DNA of 64,000 bases from Selaginella moellendorffii (taxonomy: Eukaryota; Plantae; Lycopodiophyta). Of the stretch, positions 21,295 through 33,503 are shown one piece after another. The notes below the pieces were generated by a model. It was not told the origin of the DNA, did no database searches, and was given only the letters and a program-made list of their open reading frames with translations. The stretch is from NCBI RefSeq assembly GCF_000143415.4, contig NW_003314344.1:194336-258335 (forward strand), written 5' to 3'. Within the stretch, counting starts at the first letter, position 1. Each line of letters begins with the position of its first letter. The position numbers were made by a program, and so were the translations under genes.

Positions 21295-24200
21295 CAACAC
21301 TACCATCTAATAAAGTCGTCTCGACGCTACTGTTTCCGTATTAGGTCTTGCTACATTGCAGGGATGGAGGACAAAAGGCTGTTGCTCTTCACTATCAATG
21401 TTGGATCTCGTTTCTCAATTTTGGTGTCTTTCATTTGAATCATCTCCTCCAGCTGCAGCCATGGAATTCCTGGGTCCATTCCACTGCTGCAGCAGGTCCT
21501 GGTGGGACTGATCCTGTGGAGCTTAGGCACTTTGTTGCAGCCAGAGAGTCTTGAATTTTTCTTCCAGAATCCATTCATGTAGGTGCGGGTCAGGTTTTGG
21601 TGAAAGAAGGTGGGATTTTATATGACAGGTAAGAATATTGTCCACGGAGGTTGAAGTTGCTACCAGGCAGGCAACGTTGTGGCATTGGGTGAGATTAGTT
21701 CCATTTTGTATCATTCTCCCATTTACCATTTCACTTCCGAGGTGATTTCCTTAGTCTTATGTCATAAGAACCACTGGCTCTTTTAACAAAAGCTTTATTA
21801 CTATCAGTTTAATCTCTACGATTAAAAATAAAAAATTATTAATATATATATAGACAATTATATATTTATATTATATATAATATATAAATATTATAATTGT
21901 CTTTAGAGTTATCAATTGTTTCCCATTCTAATCTTATCAAAGGGAGGAAGGATTTTTAAAAAATATATTAGACTTGTAAATTATATTAATCTATATCTTA
22001 TAAAAATAATTCCTCATTTAATGTAGTTATAAAGAAATATTATAATTATATGTAAACAACTAAAAGGAATGGTCTGGGAGAAGGTCCATTAAAATTAACA
22101 AATAGAAGGGGTCCATGAACAAAAATGCATCTTCTTTTTTAAATAGTTCATAGAGTTAATCATTTTAAATTATGAATAGTATTGGAAGGTGACTTCCTAA
22201 AAAGTCTAAACTAGAAAGCTTAAATTTGATATTAAAAGGGTCTTAAATGAAATTTGTTGGCTGGCTAGAGGAATTATATTAAATATTGAGATTAAAGATC
22301 TTAAATATAGTATTAGAAGAGTTTTAAGTTTGACTTTGTTAGTTGGATAAAGGAAATATATCACATGTTGAAATTGATATCTAACAGTCAAATTTAGCTT
22401 ATTGGGCTAAATATCTTCTCCAAGCTCAACTCTGTTGGTTAAGTTAAAGGAATTATAATTGAAATTAATATCTAGCAGTTCAATTTAATCCCATTAGGTT
22501 AAACCTATAGTTAGGGATAAGTAAAGGGAGTACTCCCAAAAGAGTAGTCAAGCTTCTGCTCTCTAAACTGTGAAAGCATTCTTTCAATCTATTATTTTAG
22601 GATCTAAGCCATTAAGCTTTACCATCATCAATGAGCTATTTTTAAACTGTTGTGAAGTGAGAAACCTCTTTCACATGTATTAGCTAGAATAACCATGTTA
22701 TAATTAATTAAACTTCTATTAATATTGAGTTAGAATAGAAAAGCACAAAAGAAATTTTTACTTGGAAACATATCCCACCAGATTTGTATAGATACTCTAT
22801 GCTTGATAAATATTATCCATTTTTCACACTGTGCTTTTATTGACAATCTAATATCAGGAAAGATAATAGTAATAGTACACATTTGTTTGCTCAAGTTCTT
22901 ATAATAGTAGAACTAGTGTTTCTAAAAAAAACATCTACAGTGCATTGAGACTGTGAAACACTGTAAATAAAATATATACTTTGGAACTAATTTCAATAGG
23001 ATTTTCTTTTCACTTGGCATAGTGATAGTGTTCTCTCTCCTACTCGTTTGAAGCATGGCCCACACCGACAAAAAAGCACCGGCCCTGATAGACTATTAGA
23101 TTATATTCAAGCATTATATTATGTAATATTGCAAAACATTTCAGTCAAATACTAGTACAAAGTATTATTCATGGTCAACTGAAAAAGGCAATGTCTATTC
23201 TCTAGAACCCTAAAATTGCAGAAGTAACTAGGTGCTTGTTTAAAATAAGTAGAGCATACTAAATTTGGGAAAATATCCATCTACACAAAATCATTGGAAA
23301 AGACACTTATCTTTGAGTTATGATCATGGTTTTTTCCTTTGAAAAGAGAGTTGGCTATAGTGGCTATAGTGATTGATGGACTCATTGCTCTTCTCATTGG
23401 TAGTTTATCATTGGCAACATGCAAACTTGAGAACAACAATTGCTGGATTGATCTTTTATAAGAGATGTGCTTGTGGCCTTTATGATTGGAACTCCTTCAT
23501 ACCATCTCACTATTTTCTTGTATTTACTAAAACACTACATGAGTAAAAAAGTAGAAAGAGAAGATTAGTTACACTTCAGAAATAGAAAGTTCTTCTGCCT
23601 TTGTTTTATGGAACCTAATTTTCCTCTTCTACTTGAGCTTAACTTATTTTCTTCTTCCTTTTGCAATGTAGTGTCAATACAAAATCCAACTTTGCATGTT
23701 GAGTAAAGCTATATGTTGATTTTCTAAACAAGTGTGGATGTTGCATGTTAATATACTCAAGATCTAGCAATTCTTGCATTGAAAAGTTGCGTATGAAGAG
23801 CAAGTTTTTCACAAATTTTGGTAACAATGGCCAAGAGCTTTGTCAAAATCCTTAGGCCCTTGAGCTCCTTTTATGTTTCCAACGTATACTCTTATTTCTT
23901 GTAGATATATTACTCTTGCTAATGGACTTTTTTTATCTATGAATAATTTCATGTTACTTGAATATATTGTGTCATGACACAAATTTTAACCCAAAGAATT
24001 TTATAGCAATTGGATAAAAGTTTCTTATGTTTTTTTTGCAGGGGCAATTGCTCTAAATCTTGGAAACACAAAGCTTCTGATCAGCCTCTAAATTTTTTTT
24101 AATTAATTTGTTAGTATAATTTACACTTTAAACATGAACAAGTATTTGCTTTTGTACCTCTTACCATTTTAAGGCATTTTAGCGTATTGTAGAGAAAAAG

Positions 24201-24504
24201 ATGCAAGGGTAGAGGGTAAATGGGAGGAAAGGCAAGCTCACAATGGGTGCTAGGTTGCCATAACCGAGGTGAAGATTGCTGAAAGATTTTTATATTGCTT
24301 TTGACAAAATCCTAACATATTTCTCAGTGGTCATTAGTATTTAACAAGTGCCTCAACTTATACTTCACTTTGCTTATGGATGCAAATAGAACTCCTTTGT
24401 GGATCAAAACAACATTTCTTGTTGTTCCACTTTAACTGACAAAGAAATAGAATCAACTATATGCTCCAATTGTGATGTGGTGTAATTTTTAGTACTCCTC
24501 TGAG

Positions 24505-24960
24505 CAAGTGAGTGCAATATTTTGAAAACAAATTAAACCTAAAACCATAAAACCACCTTAATTGTTTTTTTTTTTGTTTTTTTGGCTCATGTTTTAATTC
24601 ACACTATCCAAGGAAAAAAATCTAGATTGAATACTTTCTCTTTTAAATATAGAAGCTTTTTTTATCTAAGTCCACTCACTATATCTAAAAAAGATAGAAA
24701 TTTAGTTCATATGATAAGAAAATATAAATTTCAAGCAAAGGAGTGAGTGCAGTGTCTTGAAAACAAAAACTGTGAAGCCACTTTACTTGATTTTCCTTTT
24801 TCTGTCTGGCATGTGTCTTAATTTAATCTAAGGCATCCAAGAAAAAAAAATCCAGATTGAATATGTCATCTTTGCTCTTTTAAATATAAGCTTGTCCAAG
24901 TATCTAGAAAAAGATAGAAATTTAGGTAATATGATAAAAATTATAAATGATTATCAAAGT
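24505..24960. repeat. Imperfect ~230-bp tandem duplication
   Basis: Two copies of gagtgagtgca...gaaaacaaa...atccaag(g)aaaaaaatc(t/c)agattgaata...aaaagatagaaatttag...atatgata. Confidence 0.7.
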
Positions 24961-24970
24961 TAATATTCTG

Positions 24971-24974
<4 letters not shown>

Positions 24975-25017
<43 letters not shown>

Positions 25018-26749
25018 CACACACACACACATGTATTACCCAACTTAGGTAGTACATTAATTACAGTACTATAGCATATGAACTGTCCATTTGGAATAGA
25101 ATTTAATCCATCCATTTTTATATATAAGCAAAAGTCTAAACACTTATTCCCATATTCAAGCACTCATATTGGTGGAGATAAGGGGCATTGCAATTTGTCC
25201 CTAGAGGGAATTTTATTTTTGTAATGCTTTGCTTTAGTGTTTAAAATTATGCTTTTATTTTTTTTATTTTCTTTTTTAGAGAATGTTTGAGGATCAAATT
25301 ATAGGAAGACAATGTATATGATCTCTAGTGGATTCCAGATTGTGATGATGAGTTTGATTATTATAGAAACTCGTTTTTGTTTAGAAATGAGTTGGAGATT
25401 TTGCGAGTGATCATAGAATGAAATTTTAGATATACTATCATCATAGATCCTTGGAACCTTGAGGATAAATAACCATTAAAGGCTCTTTTATCAAACAATT
25501 ACCCCTTTTTTAGTTGGTTGAAGGGGAGATAGATAAGTGCATTACAACAAAATAAATGTCAATTCTTTAATTTGCCATTTGGTTTTTTCTCTTTACATTT
25601 TGCTCTTTCCTAACTTTTTTTTTGTTTTTTAGCTTAAATCACCTTTTTATTATCCTAATGTTTCCTCATATACAATGTTTTCTTCTTCTAGTATACTGAT
25701 TATTTGTAATTTTTATGATAATTCAATGTTGAGTGTAGTGCTTTATGTCCTCCACATACTAATCTAAATGTTAAGTGTGTGTGTGAAGCTTAGAATCATA
25801 CTTTTATTTCATTGATGGAGTTTTTGTTCAATTTTGGTATTGAGTATTCCTTTATTTAAAAATTTAAATTTTAGATTGTGTGTGTATTCTCACTTGTGAG
25901 TATTGTTGGGAGCATTTTTGTTATTGTTAAGGATTTTATGTATTCTCTTGAGAGTGGATTTTTTAATTAATTTTCTTGTCTCAAGTGTTGAGTTGTATAT
26001 TGAAGAAGTTGAGAGATATGAATCTCTTGTTTATTTTGTGGTGGCAAAAGTATTTTATCATAGTAGGTCCTTGTTCTCTAGGCTTTAAGCATATTTCCCT
26101 TATTTTTATCTTGATAACTATTAAAAATTCTTCTTTCATTTCTTTTTTATTCATATTTTTTTTTCCACAATATTTCTTCCTCAATTTTTTTCACTTTCTC
26201 TTCTTTGCCCAAATGTTTCTTTAGAGGAGGGGGTAAAGAGAATAAATGGGAGTCTAGCCTAGATAATAAAGTGAGGATGAGTAGCTACAAAAGTGGAGTA
26301 AAGATGAACAATATAAATTATAAAGTGAGGATAAGTATAACAAGTTTGAATGAAATATTTAACTTTGATATAATAAAGCTAAACGAATATAATAGTGGAG
26401 TGAAACTAAACATAAATTGTAAAGTGAGGATGAGCACCATATAACTCTTGAAGTCCCTTGTTCTGGTTTAAAATTATGGTTTTGAAATTGATTTGAATAT
26501 TTAGTAGTTGCATGTGGAGTTACAATTTGTTCATCTAGATTTTGTAATTGATTAATGTTTGTGCCATGGTTTTGGGTTTTATTTTAGTTGTGGTTGTCAG
26601 CAAATACATTAATTATTTGATGGGAGCTTCAAGTTTTTATGGCAATTTATAATTGGCTAGCAAAAGTTCCAGATGCTCCATTTAACTTATCATCATCAAT
26701 ATTTCATCTTCTAAAAATTCTAAAAAGGAGGATGGTATAAGGTCTATAA

Positions 26750-26782
<33 letters not shown>

Positions 26783-26925
26783 TATATTATCTAGGTAATA
26801 TGTTAATTATACTACTATAGCATATGGACTGTCTATTTAGGATTGAATATTATCCATCCATTTTTGTATATAAATAGGGTCTAAACCCCAATTAATATAT
26901 TTATTCCCATATATAAACACTTATA
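24975..26925 (+). mobile_element. Degenerate short non-autonomous LTR element with (TA/CA)n-containing LTRs
   Basis: Direct repeats at ~25030-25168 and ~26785-26925 (tactatagcatatg...tccatccattttt...ttattcccatat). PBS TGGTGGAGATAAGGGGCA at 25170-25187. PPT-like AAAAAGGAGGATGG at ~26722. No coding capacity; outer ends approximate. Confidence 0.65.
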
Positions 26926-28584
26926 ATTGTATATTTCATATTATCTAAATATTTTAGTAATATACATTACATTTTTAGCTAACTTATATTTTATATCAAA
27001 TTTAAGGAAAATAATAAAGGTTTAACATGAAGGGAGAAGAGTAAAGTAAATTAATCAAGTGTAAAATCTTTAAATTATTAGTCTTATATGTTATAACTTA
27101 TTCCATATAATTTATTTTTCATACTTAAAAGTATATATAAATTCAAATGATGACTTAAAAATTTAATTGTAAATAAATGAAATATAGGTCTCTCTCTCTC
27201 AATCTCTTGATTTTATAATTTAATTCATGAAGAAATAAGGGAGTGTGAAAGACCAAATGGGTATTTATATAAAGTGGAATTCTGAAAACTTTTCAGTTTG
27301 GAGCTTTAATTATTGGAATTCATACTTTAAGTTTATAAAAGTGTGACTCTAAAAGTTGTGTTCAAGAAGTGAGGGAGGGGAGTTGGAAAAGATTTGGCCA
27401 TAGGAAATGTACTTTGCTGAGTGGAGACTTAGAAGACACAAAGGTAGTCCATGTGAAGATGGATCACAACCGAGGGAAGGAGGCTTAGAACTTGGTGTTT
27501 ACCTTATGTGGGGGGAAGAACAACATCACAAACAGCAAGAGGATTGGAAGGATCTCCAATGACATTTGTTTGATAGCACAAGAAGCTCCTATCTCAGTAG
27601 ACTAGATTGCCTTTATCCATTCCTACATCATTGAATGCAAGCTGGAAATTGATGTCATCGTCACTGTGTTCCTACTGAGTGTCTAAAACTACTGCAAAGC
27701 TTTGCAAGAGGCCTATGCAATCTTTAGCAAAAGCCACCATCTTAGAGTCAAAATATAGAATGCACATAAGAACAAAGAAAAGGTTTCTTTTTCTTGCAAG
27801 AAAGATTAGGGATTCTATTTTGCCCAATGAAAGATTTGGAGAAGGGTGTGCTAATGGATCTTGCAGCAATGTTAGGATCTTCCTATGGTAGAAGGATTTG
27901 GGTGGCAATGGCAATACTTGTGGCAGTGGCAATGCTAATGGCAGTGCTCTCAATAGCATGAGATCCAGCTATAGAACTCGGAATTTTGAAGTCTATTGCA
28001 GAATCTAGAGGCACACATAGAAAATAGCTTGTTGGGCTTGTTGGGTGGGAGTGATGCTTTTTTAAGCTGAACTAACATCTGGCTGGCTGATCTGGTGAGA
28101 CACCAAGTCATGGAGTCCAGGTGCCTAAGGTGCCCCATCTATTACTCCTAGTAAAGTTTTTATTGGAATTTTTAATTTGTGAGGGCCAAGTGTACGGCTA
28201 CGATGCTGTATACTAATATTAGCGTAGTGGATTTTGGTAGCCGTCGGATTGGTTTCAATCCGGACCACTCGCTCCTGTATATAAGCTAGGGTTTTTGGGT
28301 TAATTGATATGCACATTTCTGTATTCCCTTTCCATATTCCATGCACTCACATTGGTGGAGGTGAGGGGCACCTTTGATTGTCCCTGGGGAGTGCTTGGAT
28401 TTGGGATTTCGGTTTAGATCTAGCTTTTGCATTGTTTAGATCTAGCTTTTTCCATTTCCTTTCTTTTGTTCTTTCCTTTCAGGATTTTGGTTTAGATCTA
28501 GCTTTTTGCATTGTCTAGATCTACCATTTCTTTCCAGCTTTTTGTCATTTCTCTTCTTTTGCTCTTTCTTTCTCATTCATTTTC

Positions 28585-29517
28585 ATGGCCGATCCGCAAT
28601 CTCCTCCTTTGACTCTAGAGCAGCAGTTGGTTCAATTGCTTGATGCTATGCGCCTGCAATTGAACAACCAAACTCAGTTGATGGTGGCGTTCACGGCACA
28701 TGGTACAACTCCTCCTGCTTTTGGTGCCAATCCTCGCGTTCGGCTGGAGTTCTTTCGTGGGAATCCTGGGGATGATGTGTACCATTGGTTCGATCACTTC
28801 ACGGTGATTGCCACATATCATTCTTGGGATGATGCTCGACGTTTGCGTGAGTTCCCCACATGTCTTCAAGGGACGGCATTGCAGTGGTACAATGGATTGA
28901 GCGCAGCTACTCGTGGTGATTGGAGTGTTCTTCCGGACGTCTTCAAACGTGCCTTTGGACACGCCGACGATTGTGATGATGCCTTCCAACAATTGCATCG
29001 TCTTCGCCAAGGGCCATCTGAGTCGGTGATGCAATTTGGCGTTCGTTTCCGAAGTCTTTTGCTTCGTGCGGAGCCAAATATGTCGGAGCGGATCAAGCTA
29101 GGAATGCTGTGGCTAGCACTTCGTCAAGATCTTGTCGGACTTGTGCATGCACTTGCTCCTGCCACTCTTGACGATGCTCTTCGCTTGGCACAACGTTATG
29201 AGACGTCGCCTCTTCCACTTCTTGCTACACGTCCTTCAGCTCCACTTCCTATGAGTGATGGCCCTGTTCCCATGGAGGTTGATGCTGCTGCTACTCGAGT
29301 CCAAGGACAAGGGCGAGGACGTGGTCGTGGCCGTGACATTCGTTGCTGGGCGTGTGATGAAGTTGGTCATACTTATCGGCGTTGTCGGCGCTTTCCAGAT
29401 TGGCGACCTCCATTTCCTGGGTGGAGACCTTGGCGTCAGCAACGTCCCGTTGGTGCTGCTGCGGTGGAAGGTTTGGATACCGAGGTGCATTCGGGAAACG
29501 AGGAGTCGCGCGAGTAA
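28585..29517 (+). CDS. gag: Retrotransposon Gag with CCHC zinc knuckle
   Basis: LQGTALQWY and LRQGPSESVMQFGVRFRSL capsid-type motifs; CWACDEVGHTYRRC knuckle. Confidence 0.9.
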   Translation: MADPQSPPLTLEQQLVQLLDAMRLQLNNQTQLMVAFTAHGTTPPAFGANPRVRLEFFRGNPGDDVYHWFDHFTVIATYHSWDDARRLREFPTCLQGTALQWYNGLSAATRGDWSVLPDVFKRAFGHADDCDDAFQQLHRLRQGPSESVMQFGVRFRSLLLRAEPNMSERIKLGMLWLALRQDLVGLVHALAPATLDDALRLAQRYETSPLPLLATRPSAPLPMSDGPVPMEVDAAATRVQGQGRGRGRGRDIRCWACDEVGHTYRRCRRFPDWRPPFPGWRPWRQQRPVGAAAVEGLDTEVHSGNEESRE

Positions 29518-32500
29518 TGGAGGGACCTTGCTCGAATAAGTTAGTGACCCCTCCATCTTTCTTTCGGGAGTATCATCAAGGGGTTCACTCGGCACCGGTT
29601 CATCCAGTGTTTACTTTCCAAGCTCGTTTTTATAACAAGAGGTCTCCTATTCTTCTCTCCGTGTTGGTTGATACAGGTTTGAGTTTATCTTCTATTGCTC
29701 GACCTGTTGCCACACGTTGTCGTCTACACTTGCGTCGTGCGGCGGATCCAGTTTTCATTATTTATGGCAACGGCCGTACACATGCATGTGCACGAGATGA
29801 GGCGGACCTGGTTGTGCGTGTGGGCGATCTCGAGCTTGAGTTGCAGTCGTTGCGGGTGGTGCCAAGTCAAGCTTTTGACCTCATTCTTGGTATGGATTGG
29901 TTGCAGCACAATCATGCCAAGTGTGACTTTGAGGCTTTTCCCCCTTGTCTCATACTTCCTTATGTTTCATCCATTCCTCTCACTTCCGTACCTCTTCGTC
30001 CCTCTATTTCTACCTCTGCTTCCATTACTTTTGTTCCCCCATTATTTCCTCTTGTGTTTCCATCTTGTTCTGCTCTTCCCTTTTCCGATCCCTCCGATGA
30101 TCTTTGTGTTGCAGCTGTTGACCAGCTCATGAAGGAGTATTCTGATCTCTTTGAATTTGACCTATCGTCTGGGGCCAAGATTGCCACACGTCATCCCATT
30201 CCAACCGGGGATGCTCGTCCAATCAAGGTTCCTGTTCGTCGTCGGTCACCCAAGGAGATCAAGATTTTACGTGCAAACGTCAAGGAGATGTTGGAGAAGG
30301 GTGTTATTCGGAAGTCGCGGAGTCCTTGGGCATGTGAACCTCATCTTGTGACGAAGCCTGATGGGAGTATTCGTTTCTGCATCGACTATCGTCCGTTAAA
30401 TGAAGTGACGATCCCGGACGTGTACCCTCTTCCTCACACTGCTGATCTCTTGGATCGTCTGGGGCGAAGTCGTTGGTTCACCAAGCTAGATCTTGCTTCT
30501 GGGTATTGGCAAGTACCGATGGCTGAAGATGATATTCCTAAGACTGCTTTTCGTACACCATTTGGTTTGTATGAGTTTTTGGTGATGCCGTTTGGTTTGA
30601 ACAATGCTCCAGCAACTTTTCAGCGAATGATGGACGAGGTTCTTTGCGATATGCCAGAGGTGACAGCTGACTTCATTGATGATGTCTTGATCCACTTGGA
30701 GGGGACGTGGGAGGAGCATGTTCGTGATGTTTGTAAAGTGTTGGATCGGCTACGCGACATTGGTTTAAAGCTAAAGCGGTCGAAGTGTGTGTTTGGGTCC
30801 AAGGACACAACTTATCTTGGGTACCGTATTTCTCGTGAGGGTTTGCAAGTTGATCCTGACAAACTTGTGGTTGTTCTAAAGTTCCCTACTCCGAAGTGTG
30901 TGAATGATGTGCAGCGCTTTTTGGGTAAGGTGCAGTATCTCGGTTGTTTTGTGGATCATCTTTCCGATCACACTTTACCATTGCGAGTGTTGCTGAAGTC
31001 ATCAACGTCATCTTTCATCTGGTCTCCCGATTGTGAGCGGGCGTTCGTGAATCTCAAAGAGCTATTGACGACTCCTTCGGTTTTGGCATATCCTGACTAC
31101 ACTCGACCTTTTATTTTGTGCGTGGATGCTTCTGACATTGGTCTTGGAGGTGTGTTGATGCAAGAGAGCTCGAGTGTGCCTGGTCAGCGCCATCCCATTG
31201 CATACATAAGCCGTACATTACAACCAGCGGAGATGAACTACTCCACGACGGAGAAGGAGTGTTTAGCAGCAGTCTGGGGTTTCGAGAAACTTCATGCCTA
31301 TCTACATGGTTCTCGGACGTTACTTGAAGGTGACCATGCTGCTGTTACTTCATTATTGAAGCGGAAGAACCTGGTTGGTCGTACGGCTCGATGGGCTTTG
31401 AAGCTTCAGATATATGATTTTGATGTTGTTCATCACCCAGGGAGTTCTATGGCTGATGCTGATGCCCTTTCTCGAGCTCCTCTTCCTTCTCCACTCACTT
31501 CTCATGTTTCTGACGAACTTGTTGTTCCAGCATCTGTGGATTTTCTAGATGAGGATTCTGTGCCGTCGGCGGTTGCTGTCCTTGACGTTCAGTGTCCACA
31601 GGGCGTAGAGCAAGATCTACCTTCTCTGGATGAGGTTCGCGAGGCTCAAAAGATTGAGCCGTGGATTCGAAGGCTTCGAGATGGGTTTGAGAATCCTGCA
31701 TCACTTGCTGATGACTTGCCTTTTCGGCATTTACATTCTCAATATCGCCTTGAAGATGGCCTTCTTTATTTTGTGGGGACGGATCCTGATGCTCATTTAC
31801 GGCTGGTGGTGCCTTCGGTGTTTATTCTGCGGTTTCTCCATGCCTACCATGATTCTCATGTTCTAGGTGGGCATATGGGACACCGTCGTGTCACCGAGAA
31901 GTTGCGCAGATCTTTCTATTGGCCAGAGATGCGACGTGATATTATCCGGTATGTGCGTAGCTGCGTTTGGTGCCAAGCTCGTAATACTCCCCCTTGTGCT
32001 GCGGAAGGACGGTTGGAGTCAATTGCAGTTTCTCGTCCGTTTGAGTTTGTGGCGTTTGATCTTATGGGACCTTTTCCGCGATCGACTACTGGCAATGAGT
32101 ATGTTATTATTGCTTCTGACTACTTGACTCGTTGGGTGGAAGTTGGTGCTCTTGCTAGTGCCTCTGCAACTGCTGTTGGATACTTCCTCCTCAATCGAGT
32201 GGTGTTCCAGCATTCTTGTCCAGAACGGATTCTTTCGGATAATGGTCCTGCATTTATGGCTGAGGTATTTCATGTTTTGACATCTCGGTTGGGGATACGC
32301 CACACTTTTACGAGTGCTTATCATCCACAATCAGACAGTCTGGTGGAACGGCTCATTCGGACATTCAAAGGGATGATTGCGAAGTATGTGAACTTTCAAC
32401 ATTCGGATTGGGATGGTTATTTGCCGTCTCTTCGGTATGCTTATGTCACAGGGGTGCAGAGTTCTGTTGGTGCTTCACCATATAAACTTCTATATGGTCA

Positions 32501-32981
32501 TGATCCAATATTACCAACAGAGCTAGGTTTACCTTCGCAATTGCCACGAGCTCCTGATGCTAGGTCATGGGATCAATATTTGACAAGCATTCTTCCACTT
32601 GTCCGAGCAGAGTCTGCTGAACACTTAGGCCGCGTACAAGTGGGACAACAACGGCGCTACAATTCCCATCATCGTCCACCAGCGGAGTACAAAGTGGATG
32701 ATTTGGTGTTAGTCCGTTTTCCCCATCTTACGGTACGTGGTTTATCTAAGGGGCTCCTTGCGCAGTGGAAAGGACCGTATCAGGTGTTGCGGCAAGTTGG
32801 ACCACAAGTTTATGAGGTTCGGCATGACGTTCAGCAGGCCGATCCTCCGGAGATTGTGCATGTGCAGCGGTTAAAACGCTTCATACAGAGGGATCAGGAG
32901 CAGTTAATACCGTCTACAGATCCACCGATGCCTCCTCCTGACGTTCCTCCAGATCCCGGCCCATCTACAAGAGAACCCTGA
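29493..32981 (+). CDS. pol: Retrotransposon Pol (protease-RT-RNase H-integrase), -1 frame relative to gag
   Basis: LVDTG protease; RT motifs RFCIDYRPLN, KLDLASGYWQ, VMPFGLNNAPATFQ, FIDD; RNase H DASDIGLGGVL and NYSTTEKECLA; integrase HHCC, SDNGPAF and GPY. No in-frame stops. Confidence 0.95.
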   Translation, partial: GKRGVARVMEGPCSNKLVTPPSFFREYHQGVHSAPVHPVFTFQARFYNKRSPILLSVLVDTGLSLSSIARPVATRCRLHLRRAADPVFIIYGNGRTHACARDEADLVVRVGDLELELQSLRVVPSQAFDLILGMDWLQHNHAKCDFEAFPPCLILPYVSSIPLTSVPLRPSISTSASITFVPPLFPLVFPSCSALPFSDPSDDLCVAAVDQLMKEYSDLFEFDLSSGAKIATRHPIPTGDARPIKVPVRRRSPKEIKILRANVKEMLEKGVIRKSRSPWACEPHLVTKPDGSIRFCIDYRPLNEVTIPDVYPLPHTADLLDRLGRSRWFTKLDLASGYWQVPMAEDDIPKTAFRTPFGLYEFLVMPFGLNNAPATFQRMMDEVLCDMPEVTADFIDDVLIHLEGTWEEHVRDVCKVLDRLRDIGLKLKRSKCVFGSKDTTYLGYRISREGLQVDPDKLVVVLKFPTPKCVNDVQRFLGKVQYLGCFVDHLSDHTLPLRVLLKSSTSSFIWSPDCERAFVNLKELLTTPSVLAYPDYTRPFILCVDASDIGLGGVLMQESSSVPGQRHPIAYISRTLQPAEMNYSTTEKECLAAVWGFEKLHAYLHGSRTLLEGDHAAVTSLLKRKNLVGRTARWALKLQIYDFDVVHHPGSSMADADALSRAPLPSPLTSHVSDELVVPASVDFLDEDSVPSAVAVLDVQCPQGVEQDLPSLDEVREAQKIEPWIRRLRDGFENPASLADDLPFRHLHSQYRLEDGLLYFVGTDPDAHLRLVVPSVFILRFLHAYHDSHVLGGHMGHRRVTEKLRRSFYWPEMRRDIIRYVRSCVWCQARNTPPCAAEGRLESIAVSRPFEFVAFDLMGPFPRSTTGNEYVIIASDYLTRWVEVGALASASATAVGYFLLNRVVFQHSCPERILSDNGPAFMAEVFHVLTSRLGIRHTFTSAYHPQSDSLVERLIRTFKGMIAKYVNFQHSDWDGYLPSLRYAYVTGVQSSVGASPYKLLYGHDPILPTELGLPSQLPRAPDARSWDQYLTSILPLVRAESAEHLGRVQVGQQRRYNSHHRPPAEYKVDDLVLVRFPHLTVRGLSKGLLAQWKGPYQVLRQVGPQVYEVRHDVQQADPPEIVHVQRLKRFIQRDQEQLIPSTDPPMPPPDVPPDPGPSTREP

Positions 32982-33503
32982 CGGCCTTCCATTATTCCGA
33001 GAGGAGGGGATGATGTGAGGGCCAAGTGTACGGCTACGATGCCGTATACTAATATTAGCGTAGTGGATTTTGGTAGCCGTCGGATTGGTTTCAATCCGGA
33101 CCACTCGCTCCTGTATATAAGCTAGGGTTTTTGGGTTAATTGATATGCACATTTCTGTATTCCCTTTCCATATTCCATGCACTCACAAATTGATAAATTG
33201 ATTGAATTTTGTCTAACTCTATTAAGTTTTTGCTCCAATTGAAATTCTGATGGAAATTTTAATATAATTCCCTTAACTAAAGGGAAGTTCATCCTAATAT
33301 GAATCATCTTAACATGTGGATGGTTCATATATTCTATACACTATTTTATGTTAGACTAGAACTAATGCTAGGTGGTTGGGGAATTTTATGCCATTTTTGA
33401 GAGGTTTACTAAGCTTAGCCATGTTTGCTACTTGATCAAGCAGTTGAAAGATTTTCTCTTCACTGAACCTGAATAGGTTGACTATGGCTTAGTGTCTATT
33501 AAC

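Larger units (their letters stand above)
28178..33187 (+). mobile_element. Intact, young Ty3/gypsy LTR retrotransposon without chromodomain
   Basis: 174-bp TG...CA LTRs at 28178-28351 and 33014-33187, one visible mismatch. 4-bp TSD AATT (28174-28177 and 33188-33191). PBS TGGTGGAGGTGAGGGG resembles the complement of a tRNA-Ala 3' end. PPT GAGAGGAGGGGA lies before the 3' LTR. Confidence 0.95.

Noticed and set aside
21812-21830. Helitron-like 5' end (TCTCTACGATTAAAA) at the start of the AT-rich island
   Set aside because: No convincing matching 3' hairpin + CTRR terminus or Rep/helicase sequence was identified.
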